A stretch of DNA of 64,000 bases, taken from assembly GCF_004010195.1 (NCBI RefSeq), contig NC_057751.1:17709768-17773767 (forward strand), written 5' to 3'. This stretch comes from Chiloscyllium plagiosum. Taxonomy: Eukaryota. Every line of letters begins with the position of its first letter. The stretch's first letter is position 1. The position numbers and the translations under genes were made by a program. The notes beneath the pieces are model-generated. The model ran no database searches and was not told the DNA's origin. It saw only the letters and a program-made list of their open reading frames with translations. Shown here piece by piece: positions 26,440-39,764 of the stretch.

Positions 26440-27035
26440 AGTTATGAACCAGAACGAACTCACTTAAGAATCATCAAGGTGACAGCCTGGGACCCTAACT
26501 TTTATTTGAAGGCAAGTGTCAGGCGTTGAACTGATGCAATTGCTCCACCACAAGGCTTTCAGACAAAACATACTTTATTCTTATAGCACAGCTGAATGGA
26601 AATAAAAAACAATGGCATAACTGCATCAAAAGCTTAACAATATAATATATTCATTAACTGCTTACCATTGACTATACCAACATGGCAGCCTCTCGTAGGT
26701 GCATGAGAGGGAGAAATTAAGTCAGAGAGCGGGAGAGAGAGAGAGGAATAGAGAGAGAGAGAAACGAAGGCAGAGAGAGAGAGAGAGGGAGAGAGAGGAA
26801 GAGAGAGAGATCAAAAACGAAATTCATATCCCAACTAATTGCAACACGTAATCCCAGTTCTGTCCGAGCCTGACTGCACCAATCATGATTCTTGTGTCTT
26901 ATTTAAAAAACAAAACTCCGGAAACTCCGGTGCTCAAAATTTTTTATCCAGGGCTTCTGAAGTAGACATTGTGGCACCAATGTAGCAATACCTCACTGCA
27001 AGAGAAATGGCACATAAATCTTGAAGTACCGTCAC
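26440..27035 (-). mobile_element. Probable solo LTR (Gypsy-type) containing a (GA)n tract at 26705-26810
   Basis: gttatgaaccag..agcctgggaccctaactttta resembles the reverse complement of the end of 6190-6705; tttatt (minus-strand AATAAA) at ~26575. Confidence 0.45.
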
Positions 27036-27984
27036 ATGTTGAACAGTGAGATGTGCGTGTGCATCTCCTCCTCTTCTAGCCTAGCCCTTCTCGGTAGTTT
27101 TACAATTCATTCCCTATGAAGTAAGACTGCAAATTGGAATCGAGGACACTGAGATAACATTTAATGGAAATCTAAGGTGTAGCTGTAGTCAGTAGGATCG
27201 AGACATTCTGCTAACGGAAACGTCAAAAATTAGGGAAAATAGATTTAGAGGACGATCGAAGATGATGCTTTCTACTCTGTGGTTAATGAGTTAATAACGT
27301 TTGATATACATCTGAGAGACCATAACCGACAAAAAAGCAACCAGATATTCTGGGTCTGGAGTCCCTTTTCACACATTGTGCCATACTATCTCCTTCTGAA
27401 TTGTAAATATTCTCTCTTTCTGTGAGCAGTCCTGCATTTTTCCCCTAAATGTTAAGACTGAGTCCGGGGATCATATGTGGATACCTGCAGTTCATCCTGT
27501 CTGCCCACAACTAGCGCCAGATACTGCGTAGCCAGGACTGAAACAGTAGTCTTGCCCCAGATCACAAACTCTCGATATTTTTGCCCATTACATCTCCATT
27601 ATTAATGTTCATTCGTTGAAATCTGTAGCACAGTTTATTTATATTGATGGATTTATATTGTGCATCTGTGTTATTTGTGGCTCAGTCGTGAAACAGTTGT
27701 TTTTAAATCATAGGGTATGTGTTATAAAAACTTATTAGCATGCTGGCGATCAGGGTTCCAACAAATAGATGGCAAGTGAGAAGATTTATTCATAATGCTG
27801 TCACCATATGTCATCAAAAATGGAGTTGCCTGGGTTTGCTGTCCTAAACTAAAAGTGAATGATATCTAAGACTGTGCTGTTATATCGTCCTGTACACAAT
27901 CAGTTATCATCACCAAACCTTAATTCAAATCGCTACAAGCTCCTGTGCAAATGCATGAACTCGTCTTGTCAACTAGAGTCATCG

Positions 27985-29210
27985 ACTCGTAGAGATGTAC
28001 AGCACTGGAACAGACCCTTCAGTGAAGTCATCTATGCCGACCAGATATCCCAACCCAATTTATTCCTACCGGCAAGCACCCGGATCATTTCCCTCCAAAC
28101 CCTTCCGATTCATACACCCATCCAGATGCCTTTTAAATGTTGCAATCGTACTCGCCTACATCACGTCCTCTGGCAACTCATTCCATACATGTAAGACCTA
28201 ATGCACAGAAAAGGTGCCCCTTAGATCTCTTTCATATCTTTCCCCTCTCAATCTATGTGCTCTAGTACTCGCCTCCCCTGCCCAGGCAAGACACTTTGTG
28301 TATTTATCCTAATCATGTCCCTCATGATTTTATAAACCTTTATATGGTCACCACACAGCCCCCGACAATCCAGGGAAACAGCCCCCAACCTGTTCGGCCT
28401 ATCCCTATAGCTCAAATCGTCCAACCGTGGCAACATCCTTGTAAATCTTTTCTGAACCCTTTCAAGTTTCTCGACATCCTTCTGATACGAAGGAGACCAG
28501 AATTGCACGCAATATTCCAAAAGTGTCCGAACCAACGTCCTGTACAGCCACAACACGACCTCCTAACTCTTGTATTTAAAACTCTGACGAATAAAGGAAA
28601 GCATGCCAAACGACTTCTTCACTATCCTATCTACCGACGACTTCACTTTCAAGCAACTGTAATCTTGTGCCCCAAGGTCTCTTTGTTCAGAAACACTCAC
28701 TAAGACATTACCATTAAGTGTATACGTCCTCCTTAGATTTGCTTTCCCAAAAATAGAGCACCTCATATATATCTAAATTAAACCCCATCCTCCACATCTC
28801 AGCCAGTTGGCCTATAATAATTACGCATTGCAATGTTGGGTACCATTCTTTGCTGTCCACTACATCTCCAATGTTGGTGCCATCTGCAAACTTACTAACT
28901 CTACCACCTATGCCCACATCCAAATCATTTCTATAAATGACGAAAGGTCGAGGACCCAGCACCGATCTTTGTGGCACTCCACTGGTCAAAGGGCTCCAGT
29001 GTGAAAAACAATCCTCCACCACCACCATCTGTCTTCCACCTTTGAGCCAGTTTTATATCCACATGGCTAGTTCCCCCTGTATTCCATGAGATCTAACCTT
29101 GCCAACCAGTCTCCAATGGGGAACCTTGTCGAACACCTTACTAAAGTCCATATCGATCACGTCCAACGCACTGCCCACATCAATTCTCTTTGTTACTTCA
29201 ACAAAATGCT
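27985..29210 (-). mobile_element. 5'-truncated CR1 LINE
   Basis: DFSKVFDKVPH, SGVPQRSVLGP, SKFADGT, LYRTLVRTLLEYCVQFWSP. Confidence 0.9.
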
Positions 29211-30273
29211 TCAACCAGAATGTAAGACAGCATGTCATCAACTGGCAATTTTAACTAGTGAACGTAAATATAAAAATTTAAACATTGCGTACATCAATAA
29301 CTTAATTTAATTTGCTGGATGACACTGACTGGAACAACACACTAAGACATGAAAATGAATTGATCACCAGTTACATCTACTTCAAAAACAAAATTCCAGG
29401 TGAATGTCACTGTGCAACACCAGACGAGTACAGCAAACATCAGATCCATTCACTATCACATGGTTTTTCAATAGAATTCAGAGGGTAATCATGTCTGTCC
29501 CGACTAGATCACGTTTGCATTCTCAGGTCGAGATGTTTGAATATTTCAGTCTCCACTAAACACACGGTATTCAATTTTCACCGTGATGCAAGTCCAGCGC
29601 CTTGTTACAATGGTAGAGACGTCCTTCAACTCTGCCAGTGCATATTCACTCCGAATAGCAGGATGCCCGCCTGGCACACGCTCCGTTTGTCCTTTCGTTC
29701 TGCTGATCCATCCTGGCCACGCAAGTCTCGGACATTTGCTCAACAGTCTACACCTTTTCGCTGTTAGTAACTTCAGTGTTCGCTGTGTTTTTCCAATGGT
29801 TGGATCCACTCAGATTCTGTCTCCAACCTGAAGATGCAACTGGTTCACTTCAGAGAAGAAAAAAGCAAACACGGATACTGAGCACGAACCCAGAACTACC
29901 GAGTGCAATTTTACCATGCCACTGCTGCCAGCCACAGCTTTAGCCTGGCTTCCTCCGGAAACACCCAAATGAACTTTGATCTGGAGTGCAGCTGCTTAAA
30001 CAAAAGGTACAGACAATAAGGCAACAATGTTCACACGACCACTTACATTTCATGTCTGGTTTCCAGCGGGATTATCAAGTTCATCTTTCTTGATTTCCTG
30101 AACTGATTTTGCTGCAACCTACAACAGAAAAAAAAGACTGAGACAAGAAATGCAGTGAAATTGGCGTAAAGCTGTCAACACTTTCAAAGCAACTACAAAT
30201 AGCGATCATAACCCTTGACTTTATTCAGCATATATTTTAATTATTACATTCAGTACTCTCCCCAGAATCTTAC

Positions 30274-31398
30274 TAGATTCGTTGCAGTCTCCGGCGGAAC
30301 ATTGTCAGCTGACAGATCGTCAGGATGATATGTTTGTGAAGGATATGATCCTAGCTTCCGAAACGCAAGTAACCAGTTTCGATTGAAATCGGAGGCGAGA
30401 TCATCAATAGCAGAGTCTGACAGACTGATGCCCCATACACTGGTTTTCAGAGAAATAAAGAATCAGAATCACAGATGACAGTGTGGCGTATCATAATAAA
30501 GATGGACAGCGTTTATAAGATCCTCCACAGGGTTCAGTAGTGACCTTTTTTTCTGTACTTTCTAAGCCGAGTTCCTCAGATCTGCAGACAGCGGTTTCAC
30601 AACTGAATCTACCAGTACATTATTACACAGGTTCAGATTCAACAGTCATTGGTTTGTTTGAAGAACGGAGATGAGTTTCTCAGCACACGACCCTGAGAGA
30701 CCAACAGCTACCACCTTGTGTAATCAGAGCAAGAAGTAATAGGAATCAAAGTAAACCCTTGGTATTTATCCATAAAAAATGTAAAAGGTATTAATAATGC
30801 ACTGTCCTTAATAGAAAAACTATTAATGATGCAAATCACGAGCAATGTAATAACAAACCTATTACTGTTGATAATAGTGTATTATTTATTAAATAAAACT
30901 TACTGACATGACTAACGTCCAGTCATGTTGAATAACAGTTATTATCAACATGTTCAGAGAGTCTGGCGCTTACTCAAGCGCCTGTATTTTACAAATCTCG
31001 TTTTTCAGATTCATTAAAAAGGGAAGCTTCGTTCCTGTACCTCCTGGTTTATTATTATCCAGATTCAGATCCATCAGCGACCCGTTTGTTCTGAGACCCG
31101 AGGCGAGTTCTTCAGCATAAGCATCTGTGATACCATTGTAATAGTGGATCAGGATCAGATGTAAAGTTGAAAGAGGAACAGAAACACGATAAGCAGGAAA
31201 CAGAACAAACATCAATGAATAGTAATAGTACTGTTCCTGATATCAGTAACAATATGCAGCGTCATACATTCAATTATTATAAAATCAATTAAAGTCAGGT
31301 ATTTTGTACAATTTCTGTATCTAACAGGCTGGATTTCACAGAGACACAGGCATCACGTTCACTTCTGAATCTCCCAGGTAATTGTATCACAATCTAGA
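30274..31398 (-). pseudogene. Ribonuclease-inhibitor-type LRR exons of the NLR pseudogene
   Basis: LGDSEVNVMPVSL*NPAC*IQKL; ITDAYAEELASGLRTNGSLMDLNLDNN..CKIQALE|gtaag; LSGSCAEKLISVLQTNQ*LLNLNLCNNVL; LSDSAIDDLAS; canonical splice sites on several exons. Confidence 0.85.
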
Positions 31399-32528
31399 CA
31401 AAATGAATGAGAAACAACTGGAACCAAACGTCCTGTCTATTAAGAAAAGTGTGGCTGTTTCTGATATTAGAACAACTGTCAAATGAATGGAATACACTGT
31501 TGACAATGAATCGCACGCTCTGCAGATACGTTTAGTGATGGACAGTGAATAATCTGCTCCCTCTGGGAAGCTCTAAATAAAGCTGATTCAGCAATGAGCT
31601 GGGAGCCTAAATGGCAGTTTGATTATGCAGGAGTTTGAGAGTAGAGTTCAGAAATAAGGTCTCAAGGATACAAGAAGGCACTGGCAGCAAAAAGTTGGTT
31701 TGAAGCACGTCTACTTCAATGCCAGGAGCATCCAGAATATGGCAGGTGAATTGACAGCATGGGTTGGTCCTTGGAATTTCGATGTTGACACATGGGTAGT
31801 GAAGTGACAGGAATGGCTATTACAGGTTCCGAGATTTAGATGTTCCACAAAGAGCAAAGAAGGTGGTGAAAGTCGTGTGTGTGTGTGTGTGTGGTATTTG
31901 TTAGTCAAGCACAGTACTATGATTGGAGAAAGGACATTTGAAGGAAATGGACAGCATTGAAATGTGAAGTTTATACAAGAAACCGCTTCTGTGAATGCTT
32001 TATAAGTGTGCACTTGCCAGGTAGGGAGGAGGTTGTTGCATGCGGGAGCCTTGGTATACAAAAGAAGTTGAACCTCTTGTCAAGAGGAAGAACAAGGCTT
32101 ATGTTAAGATGAGATATGATGGCTCATTTCAGCCTCTGGAAAGTTAAAAGTTATCACCAAAGACCTAAAGAGAGAGCTAAGAAGAGCAAACAGGGGCCAC
32201 GAGAAGTCGTTGGCAGATAGGATAAAAGAAAGGCCTAAGACATTCTGTAAGTATGCCATGAATAAAAGAATGACTAGATTAAGAATAGGGACAATCATGA
32301 ATTGTAGTGGAAAGTTGCGCATGGAGTCAGGGGAGATATAGGAATTGTTAAATGAATATTTTTTGTCAGTTTTCACACAAGAAAAAGACAAGGTTGTCGA
32401 CGAGAATAGTGACATATAGGCCACTGGAATAGATGAGATTGAGGTTCGGAAAGTGGAGGTGTTAGCAATTTTGGGTAGTTTAAAAAGCCCCCTGGGCGGG
32501 ATAACATTTACCATAGGATTCTCTGTGA

Positions 32529-35358
32529 TCAAAGTTTATGCGAAGATTTGTAGCTCGGGTGCTCGTTGTTGTGGTTCTGTTCGCCGAGCTGGAAGTTTTT
32601 GTTGCAAACGTTTCTTCCCCTGGCTAGGCGACATCATCAGTGTTTGGGAGCCTCCTGCGAAGCGCTTCTTTGATGTTTCCTCCGGTGTTTATAGTGGTCT
32701 GCCCCTGCCGCTTCCGGTTGTCAGTTTCAGCTGTCCGCTGTAATGGTTGGTATATTGGGTCTGTCTGGTTTGCCCTATGATAGTAGTGTTGTCCCAGTCG
32801 AATTCATGTTGCTTGTTGTCTGCGTGTGTGGCTACTAAGGAGAGCTGGTTCGTGTCGTTTCGTGGCTAGTTGATGTTCATGTATGCGGATTGTTAGCTGT
32901 CTTCCTGTTTGTCCTATATAGTGTTTAGTGCAGTCCTTGCATGGTATTTTGTACACTACATTCGTCTTGCTCATGTTGGGTAAAGGGTCCTTCGTTCTGG
33001 TGAGTTGTTGTCTGAGCATGGCTGTTGGTTTGTGTGGCGTTATGAGTCCTAGGGGTCTCAGTAGTCTGGCAGTCAGATTCGAGATGCTCCTGATGTATGG
33101 TAGTATGGCTAATCCTTTTGGTTGTGGTATGTCCTCGTTCCATGGTCTTTCTCTTAGGCATCTGCTGATGAAGTTGCGCAGTTATCCGCTTTTGGCGAAT
33201 ACCTTATATCGGTGTTCATCTTCTTCTTTTTGCAGTCCTGGTGTACTGCAGTGTGTTGTGGCCCTTTTGAATAGTGTCCTGATGCAGCTTCGTTTGTGTG
33301 TGTTGGGGTGGTTACTTTCATAGTTTAGGACTTGGTCTGTGTGTGTGGCTTTCCTGTATACTCTTGTAGTGAATTCTCCGTCTGGTCTTCCCTGTACCAT
33401 CACGTCTAGGAATGGGAGTTGGCTATCCTTTTCTTCTTCTCTCGTGAATCGGATTCCTGTGAGTGTGGCGTTGATGATCTGGTGTGTTTTTTTCTATTTC
33501 CGTGTTTTTAATGATTACAAACGTGTCATCGACATATCTGAACCAGAGTTTGGGTTGAATTTGTGGTAGGACTGTTTGTTCTAACCTTTGCATAACTGCC
33601 TCTGCTATGAGTCCCGAGATTGGTGATCCCATGGGTGTTCCGTTGATTTGTTCGTATATCTGGTTGTTGAATGTGAAGTGTGTTGTGAGGCACAAGTCCA
33701 GTAGTTTAAGTATGCCGTCTTTGTTGATAGATTCAGCGTCCTGTTTTCTGTTCTGTTGTCCAGTAGGTTGGCTATTGTTTCTCTGGCTAGGGTTTTGTCA
33801 ATCGAAGTGAACAGTGCCGTCACGTCGAATGATTTGGATCCGCTGACCAGGTGTTTCAGTTTCTGTTGTAGTTCTTTGGCCAGTTTGTATAATGGTGTCC
33901 CTGGTAGTGATACTATGGGTCTGAGTGGGATGTCTGGTTTGTGTACTTTAGGTAATCCATAGAATCTGGGGGTGTTGTTGCTTTCCGGTTTCATTCTTTG
34001 TAGGTCAGCTCTAATTATCTGTCCGTTTTTTTTGTAGATTCCTTAGTGTGTTATTTATCCTATTGGTGAGCTGTGGGGTGGGGTCAAACTCCCTCTTTTG
34101 GTAGTTGTTGGTATTTCAAGTAGTTGTTGTGCTTTTTGGATGTAATCAGATTTAAGTAGTTGTTGTGCTTTTTGGATGTAATCAGATTTATCTAGGATAA
34201 CCGTCATTCTGCCTTTATCTGCTGGTAGTATGATTATGTTCTTATCGTTTCTTAGTGATTTCAGTGCTTCCCTCTCCTTGGTGTTGAGGTTATGTGTTTG
34301 TCTTTTCCTTATTATCATAGGTACGACAGTTTGTCTCACTGTTTGTTGTGTCTCTTCTGTCAGTCCATTGTTCCTGAGTGTGCCTTCTAGTGCTGCTAGG
34401 AAGTCTGCTGTCTTGGCGTCCCTGTAGTTGTAGTTGAGCCCCTTGGCCAGTATTGTTCTTTCCACGTCTGTGAGCTGTCTGTGGGAGATATTTTTAACCC
34501 AGGTGTGTGTTGTAGTGTCCTCTTTGTTGTGTGTTAGTTTGGCCATTTTTTTCTTTTAGTGCCGTTTTTTTGCGGAGTGTAGTCCTGTTCTGTCCTATGG
34601 TGAGAGCCTGTTCTATGGTCCGGGTCCATTCCTGATTCGTGGTTTTTGAAATTAACGACTTTTGGCGCGCAATTTCATGTCTGTATCTGTGAAGTCGGTT
34701 GTGTGCGTCTGTGATCATTACCTGGATCATCATGAATCCGTTCTGCTGGGCTGTTTCCCTGGCTTGTGGGTTGTTGACTGGTAGTCTGTATCTGACACAT
34801 TGTGGAAGGATTCGATTCTTTCGGCATTCATGCAGGAACCGGAGTTGTTCGTATGTGGCGCTTAGTCGGTTAGCGCAGGATTCCCATTTCCTGGCTTGTC
34901 TCGCCCGTAAGTGTTCAAAGTTTGTGCGAAGATTTGTAGCTTGGGTGCTCGTTGTTGTGGTTCTGTTCGCCGAGCTGGAAGTTTTTGTTGCAAACGTTTC
35001 GTCCCCTGGCTAGGCGACATCATCAGTGCTTGGGAGCCTCCTGCGAAGCGCTTCTTTGGTGTTTCCTCCGATGTTTATCGTGGCAAGCCAGACAGAGAAC
35101 AGCCAGGGAATTCCTAGAGGCATGGCATTCATCCACAAACTCCATCAACAAACACATCGACCTGGACCCAATATACCAACCACTACATTGGACAGCTGAA
35201 ACTGACAACCGGAAGCGGCAGGGGCAGACCACTATAAACACCGGAGGAAACATCAAAGAAGCGCTTCGCAGGAGGCTCCCAAGCACTGATGATGTCGCCT
35301 AGCCAGGGGACGAAACGTTTGCAACAAAAACTTCCAGCTCGGCGAACAGAACCACAAC
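32529..35358 (-). mobile_element. Penelope-like element (Poseidon/Penelope type), near full length, frameshifted
   Basis: ILPADKG, PRFYGLPKVHK..PLRPIV, SFDVTALFT, GTPMGSPIS, RYVDDTF, YRKATHTD, GIY-YIG (VVYKIPCKDC..YIGQTGR..RIHEH); pLTRs 32529-32760 and 34915-35077 (direct) and 35078-35358 (inverted); TSD attctctgtga 32518-32528 / 35359-35369. Confidence 0.95.
35283..35322 (+). ncRNA. Minimal hammerhead ribozyme motif in inverted pLTR
   Basis: GCA-CTGATGA-T-GTCGCCT-AGCC-AGGGGAC-GAAA-CG-TT-TGC; further copies on - strand at 34990-35029 and (mutated) 32604-32643. Confidence 0.75.
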
Positions 35359-37923
35359 ATTCTCTGTGAAGCCAAGGAGGAGACTGTGGAGCCTTTAGCC
35401 TTGATCTTTATGTTGTCATTCTCTACATAAATAGCGCCAGAAAACTGCTGGGTAGCAAATATTGCCGATTTTAAGAAGTGGCGTGAAAGCAAACCTGGTA
35501 ATTACAGAGCAGTGAACCTTACTTTGGTTGCGAGTGAAGTGCTGGAAAGGGTTATAAGCGATAGGATTTATAATTGTCTAGAAAGGAATAAATTGATTCT
35601 GGCCAGTCAAAGCGGTTTTGTGAATGGTAGGTCATGCCTCACAAATCTTATTGAGTTCTTTCAGAAGGCGACCAAACAGGTGGATGGGGGTAATGTAGTT
35701 GATGCGATATATGTGGATTTCATGAAGGCATTCAATAAGGTTCCCCATGATAGGCTATTGCGCAACATAGTAAGGCATGGGATTGAAGGTGATTTATGTT
35801 TTGGATCAGAAATTGGCGAACTGAAAGAACACAGATGGCGATGATTAATTATAAATATTCATCCAGGTGTTCAGTTCCTAGTGGTTGACAGAAGGGAATT
35901 GTTTTGGGTCCACTGTTGCTTCTAATTTTTGCGAATCACCTGGATGAGGGTATAGAAAAATGGGTTAATATACGTATATGTGACATTAAGGTCGGAACAG
36001 ATGTGGATAGTGACGAAATATATTGTTGGTTACAAGTGGACAGAGAAAAGCTGCAGAACGGGGCTGAGTGTGCCAAATTGTGTTTAATGTGGAAAAGTGT
36101 GAGGAGATTCACTTTGGAAGGACAAGCAGGAGTGCAATGTACTGGACTAATGGTAAGATTCTTGGTAGTGTAAGTGAACAGTGAGATCTCGGTGTCCATG
36201 TATATAGATCCTTGAAAGTTGCCACCCAGGTTGATAGGGTTGCTCAGAAGACTGATCATGTAGAGGAATTGAGTCGTGGAATGATGAGGTCATGCTGCAG
36301 CTGTACAAAATTCTGGTGTGGCCGCACTTGGAGTATTGTGTGCGATTCTGGTCCTCGCATTAAAGGAAGAATATGAAAGCGTTGGAAAGTGTTCAGAGGA
36401 GCTTGACTACGATGTTGCCTGGTATGAAGGGATGGTCTCATGAGGAAGGTTGACGGATATGTGGCCTTTTTTTTTAGCGCGAAGAGGTGACTTAATTGAG
36501 ATGTATAGGATAATAAGTGGGTGGAATAGGGTCAACTATGAGACCATTTTTCCTCGGATGGTGATATCTAACACGAGGGACATAGCTTTAACCTGCCGGA
36601 TGATAGACATTGGACAGATGTCAGAAGTAGTTTCATTACTCAGATTGTAGTGGGGGGTGCAATGCACGGCCTACAATAGTCGTCAACTCGCCAACTTTCA
36701 GGGCATTTAAATGCTCATTGAATAGGCATATGGTCAAGAAAGTAATACAGTAGGTTAAATGGGCTTCCGATTGATTTCACAAGTCCGTGTAAAATCGAGG
36801 GCCAAAGGGCCTATACTGTGCTTAGTGTTCTTAGTCCAATGTTCCATATTCCACCTTCTTCCCCAAGAATCAAAATTTCTGCCCACGATCATTCGCTGTT
36901 TGGTAAAAGCGGCACTCGCAGGAGGTTCTCACATTACTTCTCCTAAAAAAAAGGTCTTTACATTACAGCAACTTCAGGTGCGCACTGGACATAGTTTTGG
37001 AAAGCTTTCCAAAAGTTCATTCCAAACATTGAGAGGTGTGTCAAACATGAAAAGAGACTTTAAAAAAATTCTGGTGACACGAGCTGCACTTAGTCCAGCT
37101 CCTGCCCACTTTCGAAGAAGCCTTGCCATTCTCAGCTGTGTGACTGTATTTTCGGGCTAATGCCTCACAACACTTCCACTTTAACAGCTAAGGTGCAAGA
37201 CTCTGAAAGCTCAAGACTGCGAATAATGCTAACTGTTTGCAACTAAACGAATACCCTCATTCCCAACACAAAACGACAGTTGAGAACAATGCTTCAGTTT
37301 TTATTGTTGTTAGATGGTACATTACTGAGGTGCAATAAACTTTGTTTTAACTGGCAGCTTTTGCTAATCCAGCAAAAATTATAGACCTGATATAGCGAAA
37401 TCACAATCTCCATGCAGTCGGTTGGGAGTGCTTTCCACCATCAAGTTTTATTTAAGGCAAAGTTGTGTGATTATTTCTTGGGACTTATGATATAAGTAAA
37501 CTATAACAGTGATGTGCACGCTCCCTCCGTTATGTTTCTATCATTTACTGTGTTTTATTTTGCAATACGTAAAACTCTTCATCAATGTGCAAAAGTTCAA
37601 GTTAATGAAAAGGTTGTTGAATTAAATCCCACCATCACGTCTTATTAACTAAGTAACAACAAATTCGCACAGATCAGCCACTTCCAGTGATCTCGACTGG
37701 CTGATTGAACACAGGCTGTGAAATAATTCCTCCTGATCCACAAAGATCGATTTTGGATTCTCCATTGCTGACAAAATTATGAATGAGTCTTCACAATTTT
37801 GATAGAGCCAGGTTCAAATCTGCTTGTGTCGTTGAACTGAGCAGTTGTTTCTTTTTATGATAGAGCAAGAACATAATGCATACCTGTTCACTGACTCCTC
37901 CAGCCGTTCGAAGTTAGGACTTA

Positions 37924-39075
37924 TCACAGTACCCAGCATTTGTGCAGTACACATTCCCAACGTTGTAGACCTTCGCAACCTATGATACACCTTTCTGAAT
38001 CAAGCTGTTTTATTTTCGAACAGAGATTAATGGTCTGGGACAAGACCACGCAGCCAAACGAGGTCAACTGCAGCTCGCGAAATCCAAGCATTTTCATTAA
38101 TGCCACTGCGGTCTGACGCAGTCCTTTATTCAGAGGCACAAACAGTTACTGAAACGATTTCTGGAGGTTCCTTTAAACAGTTTCAGTTTTTATGTTTCCA
38201 ATGTGTACTCCAACCTTCTCCTTCACTCGGTCGATTAAGCAAAAGGTTGTTTGATGAAGAAATTGATCAATAAACTACTCGAGTGGCCAATCTGCCTGTT
38301 TGGAGGAGCAACCCGAAGGAAAGCGGAGAAAACAAACATCTCAAATCAAGCATAATTCTTCCTGTTGGCTTCACGGAGGAATTTCTGGATGTCCCCAGGC
38401 TCTGGAGCGAAGAATTGCCTGCATGTAGAGGCAAACGTTTGGATGGTGAGGTGCGGGAATATGTAAATTACGCTCCGGGCAGAAACATCTTTTTCCAAAT
38501 GTTCCAGTCCAAACTGGAACTTGGAGTGTTGCAGATCGAACTGGGCAATATCTCCTTTTCTAAACAGGAAATTCTTTCAGAGATTCCATCAAAGGCAACC
38601 TCAGCATGCGTCTGCAACACATTACTGTGATTTCCAACGTCTCTGCTATGGTTTACCAGAACGTTGTGAAAATTTAGGAATATAGTTGGACGACGCTTTT
38701 GAGAACATGCTACTGTGTTTGTTTCTTTGTGTGAACAAAGGGCCCAGTGACAGGCCGTGGATCCAGCAGTACGAAGGTTGTAGCAGATGGCTTACAGGAT
38801 CTTGTTCTCCTCCACTTTCCGCTTTCCAAAACAAATTGTTGAATTATTCCTTTCGCTCAGCACTATCAAATCCCAGGATTTCAGCCCCTCGACTCGTGAT
38901 TGTCTCGTCCTCTTGCCTGCTGTTCATACTCTAAAGTGTCCAATCTCGAACAGTAGAAATGATTCTTAGCTTAGCTAATCGATCAACCAAGAGGAAACTC
39001 TTCATTGTCTCCTTGTTTGGAAGAGAGCTGTCTCGTATTGTTCAGTTTGAAGCCGGAGTGTCTCGTTGTGGTTCA
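37924..39075 (-). pseudogene. NLR NACHT-associated exon (P-loop core missing)
   Basis: HNETLRLQTE, SFLLVDRLAKLRIISTVRD, RGRDNHESR|AEILGF, PSYCWI..LSLGP, FPHLTIQ, LCSKIKQLD..CIIGCEGLQR. Confidence 0.85.
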
Positions 39076-39159
39076 ATTGAATTGGTTCAATTAGGACAGA
39101 CAAGAAGTAGTTCCCCATGTTATTTGGTTTATGCATAAATAACTTTTCAACACATCTGC

Positions 39160-39580
39160 TTTAGAAAGCATGTTGTGAAACTTGAAAAGGATCGGAAAAT
39201 ATTTAGAAGGATGTCACCAGGGTTGGAGGTTTTAAGTTATTTGGGGTGGCTGAATCGGCTTGGACTCTTTTCCCTGTAGTGTTGATAAAATCATGAGAGG
39301 CATGGATTGGTAGAATAGCCGAGGCCTTTTCACAGTCTTGGGGGAGTCCAGAACTACAAATTACAAGGAGGTGCGATAATGGAATGAGCTGCGTGACCAA
39401 GTGTTGGAGGCTGATACAATTATCACATTTAAAAGCCATCTGGATGGGTACATGAATAGGAAAGGTTTGCAGGGATTTGAGCCAAATAGAGGTAAATCGG
39501 GCTAGATTAATTAATGATATCATATCGTCATGCCACAGTGTTCCAAGGAGTCTGTTTTCATGCTAGACAGTTCTATGAGT
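39160..39580 (+). mobile_element. CR1 3' fragment
   Basis: CR1 C-terminal/3' UTR similarity to 14330-14810. Confidence 0.75.
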
Positions 39581-39764
39581 CGATTTGAATGCTGAGTGAA
39601 TTGATGCAAGAATTGATCTGTAGCTTCAGGAATTTTTGAAAAAAATTAAGACTAGGTCAATTTAAACTCCACTTGAAAGTTAATAGTCGTGGGAAAAAAA
39701 AATCTTCAGATAATTCTAACTCTGAACCGTGGAGATTTTCTTTATTATAACTGATAGCATCACA

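Larger units (their letters stand above)
31560..36850 (+). mobile_element. Internally deleted CR1 LINE hosting the Penelope element
   Basis: YFNARSI, QSGFVNGRSCLTNLIEFF, DFMKAFNKVPH; CR1 sequence is continuous across the TSD attctctgtga. Confidence 0.85.
29770..39075 (-). pseudogene. NLR (NACHT-LRR, NLRC3/NLRP-like) pseudogene, multi-exon
   Basis: NACHT-region exon ~37924-39075; LRR exons ~31308-31398, 30974-31150, 30545-30716, 30274-30439; exon 30047-30118; possible terminal exon from 29827; many stops and frameshifts. Confidence 0.85.
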
